NCBI GenBank assembly: GCA_951406725.2
Contig: OX597838.1
Location: 43,152,001 to 43,216,000 of the forward strand
Length of the DNA stretch: 64,000 nt
DNA from: Octopus vulgaris
Lineage: Eukaryota
Direction: 5' to 3'
In this document: piece by piece, positions 1-12,186 of the stretch
Numbering within the stretch: position 1 is the stretch's first letter
Layout of the letters: every line of letters starts with the position of its first letter
Notes under the pieces: generated by a model
The model's database searches: none
Told to the model about the DNA's origin: nothing
The model's input: only the letters and a program-made list of their open reading frames with translations
Made by a program: the position numbers and the translations under genes

Positions 1-124
1 TAGCATGGTTTTTACAACTGGACGCCCTTCCAAACGACCACCACTCTACACTGTGGATTGGATGCTTTTTACATGGTATCAGCACTATATATATATATGT
101 GTGTGTATATATATATATATATAT

Positions 125-330
125 TCTTTTATTCTTGTTTCAGTCATTTGATTGTGGCCATGCTGGAGCACCACTTTTAGTTGAACAAAGTGACTCCAGG
201 ACTTATTCTTTGTAAGCCTAGCACTTATTCTGTCGGTCTCTTTTGACGAACTGCTTAAGTTACAGGGACGTAAGTACACCAACATCGGTTGTCAGGTGAT
301 GTTGAGGGGACAAATACAGACACACAAATG
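125..330 (-). mobile_element. SINE family A, 3' half
   Basis: Matches the 3' half of fuller copies at 36195-36575 and 56150-56600 (ggtgctccagcatggcc...gactgaaacaag), next to a (TACA)n/(CA)n middle segment. Confidence 0.8.
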
Positions 331-365
331 CATACATACATACATACATACATACATACATACAT

Positions 366-422
<57 letters not shown>

Positions 423-442
423 TACATGTGTATGTGTGTGTG

Positions 443-1369
443 TATAAATTAGAGAAGAACCACCATGAAGCAATTCAACAATGATATACTTAAAATATAG
501 AAAAAAATTAAAGATATGATAAAACATTTACCTAAAACTAAATAAAGTACTAAAGAATAAATAGTATATACTTAGTAAATAAAGTACTATTTTTAATTCT
601 TGTAGTTATAGTTTGTAGTAGTATTATGTATATAAATTAGCATATATCACATAATTAGTATATATCACATAATTAGAATAAGATTAAACTTAGATGTTTA
701 GTAAATGAATACATAAATAAATAAGTTAATGGATATAGATTAAATTATAGTAATTTAGCTTCACTTAATGTATATCATGTATTTTAAATATTTTGTTTTA
801 ATTACTTGTACTTTAATTTTTTAATAATAATATACTAAAATTTGTTATTTTCTTCTATAACCTAAGATATATTTTCATAGATAAAATATATATTTCTATC
901 TGTTTATTCTATTTTTATTTACACCACGTTTTTAACGAGATAAATTTATTATGAACACTTAATCCTATGTATTAAGTTTAAAGATTTAGTTAACAGAATA
1001 TATTCAATAAGATAAGTCATGTTTTTATTTTAAGATATGTTGTTGAATTTTGTTCAATTTTTTTAATTGTAAAATTACATTTTTTATATATAGTTATCTT
1101 TTCTTATAAGATAAAATAAGTACATTTATTTATTTTATTGTTTTTATCTTAGACCTGATGAGTGACTATTTAAATTGAATTAATTATATTGTTATCAATT
1201 TGAAAATATAGCCACAAAACACGTGTACTTTATTTACTAAGTATATACTATTTATTCTTTAGTACTTTATTTAGTTTTAGGTAAATGTTTTATTGTATCT
1301 TTAATTTTTTTCTATATTTTAAGTATATCATTGTTGAATTGCTTCATGGTGGTTCTTCTCTAATTTATA
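443..1369. mobile_element. AT-rich fold-back element with 145-bp inverted arms and a decayed hammerhead motif (probable PLE pseudo-LTR remnant)
   Basis: 443-587 is the reverse complement of 1225-1369 with about 2 mismatches. CTGATGA at 1155-1161, then a long stem II, then AAAACACGTGTA at 1216-1227. Confidence 0.65.
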
Positions 1370-1462
1370 TACATATATACATACATATATATTGTGAAAT
1401 TTAATTTAGTATTACTGAATTGAATTTTTCCCTGTAAGTTTGGAATCATATTCCCTAATATC

Positions 1463-1494
<32 letters not shown>

Positions 1495-1497
<3 letters not shown>

Positions 1498-1880
1498 TCA
1501 TCATCATCATCATCATCATTGTTTAATGTCTGCTTTCCATGCTGGCAGGGGTTGGATGGTTTGACTGAGGACTGAAGTGGGTGCTTTTTACATGCTACTG
1601 GAACAGGAGCCAGTGTGGCAGGCCTGGTATTGTCCACACTTGAACAGTGCTTTTTATGTACCACTGGCACGGGTGCCAGTCAGGCAACATTGGCATCAGC
1701 CACAACACTGATTACAGCACATTGCCCGACGGTTGAAGGAAGCTCTTAAATGGGCTGGTTATGTGACACTGGCAGAGGCCATAGCTACAATCTCACTTAG
1801 CTTATTGGCTTGTCTCAAGCACAGCATATCTCCAAAGGTCTCGGTTGCTTGTTATTCCCTCATTGAGGCCCAACATTCAA
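1495..1880 (-). mobile_element. RTE LINE 3' end / RTE-tailed repeat
   Basis: (CAT)n tail plus ttccatgctggc...gggttggatgg, homologous to the LINE 3' end at 30760-30920. Confidence 0.7.
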
Positions 1881-2038
1881 CAGGCTTCTTTCAGTTTCCA
1901 TTTTCCAAATCCACTCACAAGGCTTTGGTCAGCTTGAGGCTATAGCAGAAGACACTTGTCCAAGGTGCCATGCAGTGGGACTTAACCTGGAACCATGTGG
2001 TTTGGAAGCAAGCTTCTTACCATGCAGTCACTCCTGCA

Positions 2039-2088
<50 letters not shown>

Positions 2089-2160
2089 TATATGTGTAAG
2101 CCATCTAAGGATCTGTAAATCAGGAGATGCATTCATATGTCTGTCAGCAGGGTAGGTATA

Positions 2161-2676
2161 TTCAATTCAATTCAATTCAATTTTTATTGGCTCAAAAAGC
2201 AAAAGCAAGGCCATGTAGGGGGACAGGGAGTTATGTACAGGGAGGGTGGTCATACAAGGAGTTCAGGCCATTTCTGGTCGAGAGACTTTGAACCGAGCGG
2301 TCGTCGGCATCTTCACTATCTTGTCCGGCAGCTTATTCCACAGATCTGCAACCCGGACAGAGAAAGCCCCTCTCCTTCGATTGAGATGAAATCATCGTCG
2401 TAGATAGAGCTTTTCGGAGTGACCCCACAGCCCACGCTATAGAACAGGATTGAAGAACAGCTCTTTCGAGAGGTTACACTTTCCGCTTATGATGTTGTGA
2501 GCAAAAATGAGATCACCACGGCATCATCGTTTTTCTAGAGAATAAAGGTCGAGCGTCTTCAGCCTTTCTTCATAAGACAAATTCTTGAGACGAAGAACCA
2601 TGCAGGTAGCCAGCTTCTGGACTCTTTCGAGATGATGTATGTCTTTGAGGAGATAAGGAGAAGCGGCTTGAATCCC
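2161..2676 (-). mobile_element. CR1-clade LINE 3' fragment
   Basis: Minus strand reads SPYLLKDIHHLERVQKLATCMV..LSYEERLKTLDLYSLEKR..RGDLIFAHNII..FSVRVADLWNKLP, then AATAAA and an (ATTGA)n tail. Confidence 0.85.
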
Positions 2677-2699
2677 TTACTATTTATCTCGTACTATTA

Positions 2700-2923
2700 A
2701 TCGAAGTGTACAGTATTATTTATCCATTATAACTGATCTTACCAATCAGTTTTGCACTAAGGGTTCAAAGGAGTGTTAGGTAACAAATTCCATAACAGCT
2801 ACCTCTGATGAATGCAGGGTTACATAATCGGACTGTTACCCAACACTCTGTTGAACCCCTAGTGCAAAATCAATTGATAAGATCGGCCATAATGGATATG
2901 TCTATAATACTGTACACTTTGAT
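2700..2923 (+). mobile_element. Fold-back element with hammerhead-like core (PLE pseudo-LTR-like)
   Basis: Imperfect inverted arms 2700-2785 and 2834-2923. CTGATGA at 2805-2811; AAAATCAATTGATA at 2866-2879. Homologous to 39470-39580. Confidence 0.65.
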
Positions 2924-3390
2924 CTCTCTCTCTCTCTCTCTTTATATGTGTGTGTGTGTGTGTGTGTAGGAAATATATTTGGGTGAGTAGTATTGAGTGA
3001 GGTGTGTCAGGTGATGAGAGGTTAATTTCTGATAGGACAGAAACAGGTGTCTTGCTGTGGAGGAGGAACATGGCTACCCTAGCAGTAAAAAGAGAGATGG
3101 TGGTGAAGATGTGTTGGAGGATTGGACAGGGTGAGAGGGTGGGTCAGTTTGTGAGAGTGTGAAAGAAGAATAGGGTATAGAGGGAAGGAAATGCTGTGGG
3201 TGGGTAACATGGGTGGAGGGAACATGGGTTGTTAGGAAGATGAGTTATTGGGGAGGGATTCATCAGAAACAGATTGTAAGGGCAAAGACGTAAACTTTAG
3301 AGGCCTTCTTTTCGCTTAGAAGGACTGGATTTCTTAAGCACAGTAAATTGCTAATTATTGGTCCTTTGTCATCTCATCTCTGTTTATATA

Positions 3391-3625
3391 CAGGGCAGCC
3401 CCAAAATAGGTTTACAGTTATCATGGAGGCACTTTAAATTCCTTTTAAAACAGTTTATTACATTTAAATTTCTATCTTACAAACTGAAAAGGGAGCTTGA
3501 CAAAATTAGCTAAATTAGGAAAGAATAATGGTTTTATATTTTTTTATAATTAAGATCTAAACTGTATATATATGAGTGAGAAAGAGATAATTGAATAACT
3601 GTAAACCTACTTTTGGGCCACTCTG
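3391..3625. mobile_element. Tc1/mariner-type MITE
   Basis: ~31-bp TIRs (cagggcagccccaaaataggtttacagttat / ataactgtaaacctacttttgggccactctg); TA at the left flank. Confidence 0.8.
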
Positions 3626-3649
3626 TGTATATATATATTCAGATAAAGA

Positions 3650-4160
3650 TAGTTATGGCTGGGCTATGGGATTGCCCAGGGTTCCACTTCCATAAAGCAC
3701 TAGCTTTGCAGCGTCACTTCAGACCCTATTGGCCAGTGGCCTACAACTTCTCTTCAAAGTGGAGAGAGAAAAGGACCTTGTGGCTAGTTGTTGAACACAC
3801 AGACAAAGGGAAAAGGTTAAGTGCGAGGGATTACCTCCCTTAGACTGCTATCCATAATCGACCTGGTTGGCTTGTGGGTCCCAGGGCTTCAGTAGGAATC
3901 TGAAGTGTAAGTAGGGTCTGCAGACTTCCGCCCTGGAATTTAAGGTGTTCCCCAGGCCGACGGAGTTCTTTCATATTCTCGCCCATACAGCTATGCACAG
4001 CTTGCACTGTTTGCTCCCGTTGATGTAAGGGCCTGGTTTTCAAAGGATCTTCCATAAGATTGTGTGTAGGGTCCTTTCATCCTTCAGGATCTGTGGCTGA
4101 AGAGGAGTACTTGAAGGTGTTTGTGGAACATCCGATGTATCTTCGAATACTGCTGCTACT
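3650..4160 (-). mobile_element. Penelope-like element (Neptune-like) GIY-YIG endonuclease C-terminus, decayed
   Basis: Minus strand: RRYIGCSTNTFK...WKIL*KPGPYINGSKQCKLCIAVWARI*..LNSRAEVCRPYLH, fitting the YIG / W-IL..PY..C-LC / LN-R-E...C-H pattern of PLE endonucleases. Confidence 0.7.
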
Positions 4161-5070
4161 TCTGCTGGTGCTGGTGGTGCCCAAGGTTCCATGCTGTGGG
4201 ACAGAACTTGAAACCACGAAGATGAGAACTGAACCCCTTGTCTACAAAACCATTACCTGCTTCAGCAACATTTCCCCTTCCTGCACGCATCATTAGAAGA
4301 GAAGGGTTCATTTTTAGTTCTGTGTTTTCAATGACGTTTTTATTGTTTAACCCCAAGCAAATCCCTGATCTAGGACATTCCATCCATGACCAACATTCAT
4401 AACATTCAATTCTACTTAAACATCCATGTATTAATTTTCCCTTTAACTTTCTCTTGGCTGACTTGCTTCAATAAATCCCAGATAAATTCCTTTCCAGCTC
4501 TTTATTATGTTTTTTACATCAGAGATCCCTAATGTATTGAGATAGATGTTACTATGACCAAAGGACAATTTCAAACATTAGAACACTCTCGCAACCCTTT
4601 CTTTTATTACCATCTTCTCACTGAAATAAACTGCCTTTGTTTCAGCGAATTTTGAAAATAATGAAAACTTTATTGTGTAGTTAAGAATTTGCTTCCCAAC
4701 TTTGTGGTATCAGATTCTGTCCCTCTGTGTGGAACTTCGGGCAAGTGTCTTCTAGTATAACCCCAGGCCAACCAAAACCTTGTGAGTGGATTTCAAAACG
4801 GAAACAGAAAGAAGCCTGTCGTATGTGTGTGTGTGTTTGTGCTTCCTTGTATTGACGTTGTGTAATTGTTGTAAATGAGTGTCACTGTCGTACAAGCAGT
4901 GTTGTTAATGTCATTTGTTTCCAACCTTCCATAAAAACATGTCCGGTCAGGGAAATATTACCTTGCTTGGAAATCTGGTGCGGATTGGTGATAGTATGAA
5001 GGATATTCAGCTATAGAACAGCTGTCCCAACAAATTCCATCTGATCCGTGGAAGCTTTAAAAAATGGAAA

Positions 5071-5378
5071 TTAACCCTTTCCTATTCAATGTTTATTCTT
5101 CACATTGTTTGGAATTGATCCCACACCCTCTCTTTCCATAGCTTTGAGATTTTCAAGAAGTGATTCTTTCGTTCTTTCACTTGTTTCAGTCATTTGACTG
5201 CGACCATGCTGGAGCACTGCCTTTAGTTGAACAAATCGACCCCAGGACTTATTCTTTGTAAGCCTAGTGCTTATTCTATCCATCTCTTTTGCTGAACCAC
5301 TAAGTCATGGGGCCGTAAACACACCAGCATTGGTTGTCAAGCAATGGTGGGGTGTGTGTGAAAAACACAGACACACAA

Positions 5379-5423
<45 letters not shown>

Positions 5424-5696
5424 GTGCTTCTTTCAGTTTCCATCTACGAAATCCATTCACAAGGCTTTCATCGGCCCGAGGCTATAGAAGACACTTGCCC
5501 AAGGTGCCACACAGTGGGACTGAACCCAAGACCATGTGGCTGGTAAGCAAGCTACTTACCACACAGCCACACCTGTTATTTATCTTTAGAAATGACATTG
5601 TAGGATATGTGTGAAAGGTAGGATCTGGCCAGTCTACACATGAAACAGGTAGAATATTTGTGTTGCATATGGCTGGTTTAAATGCTAAGGGGTTAA
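5071..5696. mobile_element. piggyBac-like TTAA MITE interrupted by a SINE
   Basis: ttaacccttt...aatgctaaggggttaa termini; body matches 14901-15131; SINE inserted at about 5165-5575. Confidence 0.65.
5165..5575 (-). mobile_element. SINE family A, near full length
   Basis: Minus strand: tRNA-like head (gtggctgtgtggtaag...gggttcagtccc), ccttgggcaagtgtcttcta core, (TG)n middle, conserved 3' end. Confidence 0.85.
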
Positions 5697-6825
5697 AATA
5701 GTGATGATGATGATGATGATGACAGCTTCATTATAAAACTGGTGTTTGGAACATAAATTAATGAGAAATTTTGATGGAAGAAGGTTCTTAATTTCAATCA
5801 CAAAAGGAAGTTTGTGCCATAAAAAGCCAATGAAGTTGTTGGGTGGGTTGGCATGAAAAGGGCCGATGCGCTACCAATGGTCACTACTCCCACTCACACT
5901 CCATTCCATATTTAATTAATTAAAAGTTTCACTTGACTTTATCTCTTTTATTGTTTATTTGTTTCAGTCGTTAGCCTGTGGCCATGCTGGAGCACTGCCC
6001 TGAAGAGATTCTTGTTGAATGAATCGACCTCAGTACTTTTATTTTTAATCCGTGTACCTATGCTGTTAGTCCTCTTTTGCCAAACTGCTAAGTTATGGGG
6101 TTGGATAGTTTGAAAGAAGCTGGCCAGGCTGGAGCCTGCAGCAGACTTCTGTGTCTGTTTTGGCAGGCTTATTACAGCTGGATGCCCTTCCTAACATGAA
6201 CCACTCCACAGAGTGGACTGAATGCTTTTTACATGGCACAAACACAGACTGGCAAGGTCGGTTTTGGCTTGGTTTTTACAGCTGGATGCCATTCCAAATG
6301 CCAACCACTTCACAGTGTGGACTGGATGCTTTTTAAGTGGCACTAGCATTGGCAGGGTCACCAAGGAACTTGCACACACATACACATACGAGAGGCTTCT
6401 TTCAGTTTCCGTCATTGACCAAATCCACTCCCAAAGCTTTGGCCAGCCTGAGGCTATAGTAGAAGACACTTGCCCAAGGTGCCACACAGTGGGACTGAAC
6501 CTGGAACCATGTGGTTGGGAAGCAAATATCTCACTGGATGGCCATGGCTGTGACTTCCAATCTTTTCTTTTATTTCCTTTTTAAAACTGAAATTAATTAT
6601 TTAGAAAATAACAGTCGTTTTGATTGGTTGGAATTTTCTGGTTGATTGGACCCAAATATGAGAGCATCGCATTCTCTTCAAACGTTAAGGCCCAGGGTGG
6701 CAGGGGTGGCGGGGTGGGAGGTGACTGGTTCTCTGTCACTTTGAAGACAAATGCATTATTTTCTTTTTTCTTTTTGGGAAGCAGTTAATAGAAATGTTAT
6801 ATCTGTTACCCCCTCCCCCCTCCAC

Positions 6826-6892
6826 CTATACTACCACCACCACTACTACTACTACTGCTACCACCACCACCACTTCCACTATTACTACTACT

Positions 6893-6956
<64 letters not shown>

Positions 6957-7031
6957 AAATTGCTGCTGCTGCTTTTACCACCACCACCACTACCACCACA
7001 ATTTCTGCTGCTGCTACTACTGCTGCTGCTG

Positions 7032-7064
<33 letters not shown>

Positions 7065-7065
7065 T

Positions 7066-7112
<47 letters not shown>

Positions 7113-7387
7113 AAATTGCTGCTGCTGCTTTTACCACCACCACCACTACCACCACAATTTCTGCTGCTGCTACTACTGCTGCTGCTGCTACTACTACTAC
7201 TACTACTACTACTACTATTACTACTACTACTACTACCACCACCACCACCACAAACAATTTCTGCTGCTGCTGCTGCTACTACTACTACTACTACTACTAC
7301 TACCACTACTCCACCACCACCACCACCACTTCCACTACTACCACACCACCACTTCCACTATTACTACTACTACCACCACCACCACTT

Positions 7388-7418
<31 letters not shown>

Positions 7419-7455
7419 AACTACTACCACCACCACCACTACTACTACTACTACA

Positions 7456-7508
<53 letters not shown>

Positions 7509-7613
7509 AATTGCTGCTGCTGCTTTTACCACCACCACCACTACCACCACAATTTCTGCTGCTGCTACTACTGCTGCTGCTGCTACTACTACTACTACTA
7601 CTACTACTACTAT

Positions 7614-7652
<39 letters not shown>

Positions 7653-7757
7653 AATTGCTGCTGCTGCTTTTACCACCACCACCACTACCACCACAATTTC
7701 TGCTGCTGCTACTACTGCTGCTGCTGCTACTACTACTACTACTACTACTACTACTAT

Positions 7758-7796
<39 letters not shown>

Positions 7797-7867
7797 AATT
7801 GCTGCTGCTGCTTTTACCACCACCACCACTACCACCACAATTTCTGCTGCTGCTACTACTGCTGCTG

Positions 7868-7925
<58 letters not shown>

Positions 7926-8005
7926 CACCACCACCACCACCACCACCACCACCACCACAACAACAACAACAACAACAACAACTGCTGCTGCTACTACTAC
8001 TACTA
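6826..8005. repeat. Compound trinucleotide satellite (CTA/CCA/CTG/CAA) with 144-156 bp higher-order units
   Basis: The anchor tt(a/c)aattgctgctgctgcttttaccacc recurs at 6955, 7111, 7506, 7650 and 7794. Confidence 0.9.
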
Positions 8006-8549
8006 GCAAGGAAAAAAAAATTTTCTAATTCCGAGAGTGATTTCATATTTATGCACTCATTCCAGTATCTGTGTGTGTGTGTGTGTGTTGAGGTAGAACG
8101 CCTCCTGTGTGTTTATGTAAAAGTGTGTCTGTATAGATATAGATATATGGGAACATGTAGAAATGTTTATGTTAAGAGTGTGTGTGTGTGTGTGTGCATG
8201 TGAGTGTATGTGACCTCTGTTGTAGTAGTAGTAGTAGTAGTAGTTAGTGGTGGTTGTGGTGGGGGAAGGAAGAGGAGACAGCTTAGCACTTTCTGTTTTT
8301 ACTTCAATGAGTTATTCCCATGACAAAATATGTCATTGACTATCAAAAGTCATTTCCTCCACTCTCCACGCCACCACCTTCGCCGCCGCCACCACCACCA
8401 CCACCACCACCACCACCACCACCACCACCACCACCTCTTAAGTTGACAGTTTCTTCTGGTTTTTTTTTTTCTTCTCTTTTTACTTGGGGATAAATATCTC
8501 CGATGGCAGTCTTTTGGTGTATTATTAATATTGGGGCAGCGAGCCAGAC

Positions 8550-8972
8550 AAAGTGTTTGGCAGCATTTCATCTGTCTTAATGTCCATCTTAATGTTCTGA
8601 GTTCAAATTCCACCGATGTCAACTTTGCCTTTCATCCTTTCAAAGTTGATAAAATAAGTACCAGCTGCGTACTGGGGTCAGTGTAATGAACTTGCCCTTT
8701 CACTTAAATTTCAGGCCTTGTGTCTGTAAGTAGAAAAGATTGTTGTTATTATTATTATGAGTGAAGGTGGGTGAACTGGCAGAATTGTTAGCACGAGTGG
8801 AAAGCGTGGCAGTGTTTCGTCTGCTGCTACATTCTGAGTTCTAATTCCGGCAGGGGTGACTTTGCCTTTCATCCTTTCAGGGTTGATAAACAAAGTACCA
8901 GTGAAATACTGGGGTTGATGTAATCGACTAATCCCCTCCCCACAAATTTCAGGCCTTGTGCCTTTAGTGGGA

Positions 8973-9005
<33 letters not shown>

Positions 9006-9120
9006 GTGATCATTATTATTATGAAGGTACCACTGAGGTTCATTTTACCTTTCATCTTTTCGGAGTTGATAAATTAAGTACCAGTGAAATACTGGGGGTC
9101 AGTGTAATTGACTAGCCCCC
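8550..9120 (+). mobile_element. Cluster of three Nin-domain SINE (family B) copies
   Basis: Repeated ttctgagttcaaattcc...gcctttcatcctttc..ggttgataaa..agtaccag, a Nin/Deu-type core. Confidence 0.8.
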
Positions 9121-9615
9121 TCTCCTCCTCCTCCTCCTCCTCCTCCTCCTCCGCCGAGCATTCGCTCTTGTTTGTTCTGGTAGATTCTGTGAGAGCAGAT
9201 TGCAGCCTGCTACCAGGGGTCTCACGGAGTCTCTTTCCACACATTATAAGCTTTGATATTTGGTCGTTAACTCATTAACTGCCAAATTTTTAAATTCATA
9301 TTTTTGGGCTTTGCCAGGTGTCTTAGTGGTTAAAATAATATATAGTATTTAAATTTTCTTCATATGTGAATTATTTTGGAAATTTTGATAAATTTCTCAA
9401 AAAGTCCCAAATGGGGATTGCTGAAAAAAGCATATTTATCCGTTTCTATTCAATTGCAGTAATAAAAATTTTAGTTTTTTTGAAGTTATAGTATCAAATG
9501 TGAATGTGTAGGAAATGTGAATGAATGATATAAATGGGAAATGCACAAACAAAAAAGTTTTCAAAACAGTCAGAATTTTTGTAGTTCAAAAATCGCGATT
9601 TATGGCATAAAATGG

Positions 9616-9879
9616 CAGAAGGTTGCATCCCAACCACATGGTTCCAGGTTCAGTCCCGCCTTGGGCAAGCGTCTTCTACTATAGCTCAAGGCTGATCAAA
9701 GCTTTGTGAGTGGATTTGGTAGATGGAAACTGAAAGAAGCCCATCGTGTGTGTGTGTGAGTATGCATAACTGTTTCTTGGCCTTAACATCACACAACAGC
9801 TGTAAACGAGTGTCACCATCATACAAGCAGTGTCATTTACTTTCAATATTCTGCCATAAACATGTCTGGCCATGGAGAA
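9616..9879 (+). mobile_element. SINE copy, left arm of an inverted duplication
   Basis: Near-identical in reverse to 11085-11330. Confidence 0.85.
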
Positions 9880-10974
9880 CTAATAACGACAATCTTTAAT
9901 TACTAAATATTGTTAAACACACCTCAGCAAATGCAATGTATATAAACAATTCACTTTAAATACAACGAACAACCGGCAGAATTATTATTATTATTGTTAT
10001 TATTATTATTATTATTCCTCTCCCTCTCTTTTTCTTCTCTCTTCTCTCTCTCTTGCTGGGTAACCATGTACCCCCTCTATAGCAAGACACCTGTTTCTGC
10101 CTCTCTATCACACTCTAGCCTTTCATCCTCTGACAAGTTCCCTTCCTCAAATGTCCCTACCCCTCTCAAAATTCCTTGTCTTGTGAGTTACTTGGTGATC
10201 CTGCCAGTGCTTGTGCCACATAAAGAGCATCCAGTCCACACTGTAAAGTGGTTGGCATTTGGAAGGGCATCCATCAGTAAAAAATCATGCCAAGAACTGA
10301 GTCCTCTCTAGTGAGTGGTTGATGTTAGGAAGGGCATCCAGCCATTAAAAACCCTGCCAAAATAGACACAGTAGCCTGGGGTAGTTTTCTACCTGGCCAG
10401 CTTCTGTCAACCGTCCTACCTATGCATGCATGGAAGGTGGACCTTAAACTATGATGGTGATGGTGATGGTGGTAGTGGTGGTGGTGGTGGTGGTGGTGGT
10501 GGTGGTGGTGGTGGTGGTGGTGGTGGTGGTGGTGATGATGATGATGATGATGACTATTATAATGCTTTTCCCTAATATATGGGTCTTTTTCTTTTTCTGT
10601 CTATAAGTATTGCTTTGATTGTTGAAATTTCCCCCTTTTACCAACCAGCTATTGTTGCCTCTCTTCTTCCTCCTTTGTGTTACAGAACCAGCCACAACTG
10701 GTTGCTTATTTATATTTTTACTTTCCTCTTTTTGAAACTGGGACTTGATAAATAAATAAATAAACCAGTTAAAAGATTGTATCGTCATTGTGAGTCAGAA
10801 AGCAGAAGGGTGGAAGTAGGAGGTGGTTTAAAGAGCTGAACTGCTTCTACAAGTCCAACCCTTCACTTCACCAGCACTGAGTACCCCCAGTACCCTTCTG
10901 TATGTCAAAAATGCATCGGTCCTTGCCATCACTGCATTGGATAGTACCACCACCACCACCATCATCATTATATC

Positions 10975-11330
10975 CATTTTTCTGTGCTTGCATGGATTAG
11001 ACAGAATTTGTTGAGGCAGATTTTGCTATGGTTGGGCGCCCTTCCTGTCACCAACCCTTACGTTGTTTCCAAGCAAGGTAATATTTCTCCATGGCCAGAC
11101 ATGTTTATGGCAGAATATTGAAAGTAAATGACACACTCGTTTACAGCTGTTGTGTGATGTTAAGGCCAAGAAACAGTTATGCATACACACACACACACAC
11201 GATGGGCTTCTTTCAGTTTCCATCTACCAAATCCACTCACAAAGCTTTGATCAGCCTTGAGCTATAGTAGAAGACTCTTGCCCAAGGCGGGCCTGAACCT
11301 GGAACCATGTGGTTGGGATGCAACCTTCTG
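10975..11330 (-). mobile_element. SINE copy with RTE-like tail, right arm of the inverted duplication
   Basis: Same head as family A; its 3' part has ggtgacaggaagggcg and a (GAT)-type tail. Confidence 0.8.
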
Positions 11331-11627
11331 TTTTTTTCTTACCCCAGTTTACAGATTCTAACTAATTCAAAGAAGCGGTAGATCATTGAAGTAAATTACT
11401 TGTGATATTCACTTTTGTTACTCTTCCGCTTTACCTCTTTATTTCTCAGCAATTATATTGAATACCTGTAATACACGGAAGGATGATCCAGTTAACTATA
11501 ATATTTCTTATAAACCAAAATTGGTCACATAGTTTAGTCAAATGGGATCAATAATATTATTGCTGTTTATGATCCCATTTTCTTGAGGATTATATGTACA
11601 TACACACATGTTTAGTATATATATATA

Positions 11628-12186
11628 TGTCAGGTCACTTTCGAGTGCTACTGGTAACATGTAACCCAGTACAACCAGTTGCATGGTCGGGTCGTCGGCG
11701 ACTAAACTGGCAACCCCACCAAGCTTGCTTGGTGAGGAGGCTGTTTATTGGACACCCTGTGGGATGAAAAACAAAACCCATCAAAAGGCGGAGGAACTCT
11801 TGAGAGTCAACGGCCATCCAATAAATGTCTTAAGGCTGTATCATGCGCGGGGACATAGAAATAATCGGACTGAATATACCCGATCGCGCGGTTAAACCAT
11901 TGGGAGTGAAGGACTCCTAGCCTTTGTTAGGGCATCCTTCTAGGAGAAGGTAACTCAGGTAACTGGGATAACTCTGACATAAAACCTGCGGCTCAGTGGT
12001 TACCGATGATGTCGACTTGTTCTTCTTTTCGGATTATGGCTGCTGTTGCTTAGTGAGTGGGATTGACTCAGTGCACAGCCTTTCCTCACTTTAAACAAAA
12101 ATCTTCTTGCACAGGCATTGCACGATAACAACATTGATTAAGCTTCACGCAATGGCCATACTCGATAACGAGGGGGCAGCCACCAT
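11628..12186 (+). mobile_element. ~555-bp unclassified repeat (RTE 5'UTR-like or solo-LTR-like), copy 1
   Basis: High-identity inverted copy at 17480-18034; CpG-rich; flanked by (TA)n. Confidence 0.8.

Noticed and set aside
3005-3060. GTGATGA...GAAACAGGTGTC hammerhead-like motif
   Set aside because: C3 is missing, stems I and II are unconvincing, and related copies (~10085 minus, ~15695) lack the core.
6751-8203. Long ORFs of 223-425 aa (poly-Y/T/L/V)
   Set aside because: Produced by stop-free trinucleotide repeats in several frames on both strands; no coding evidence.
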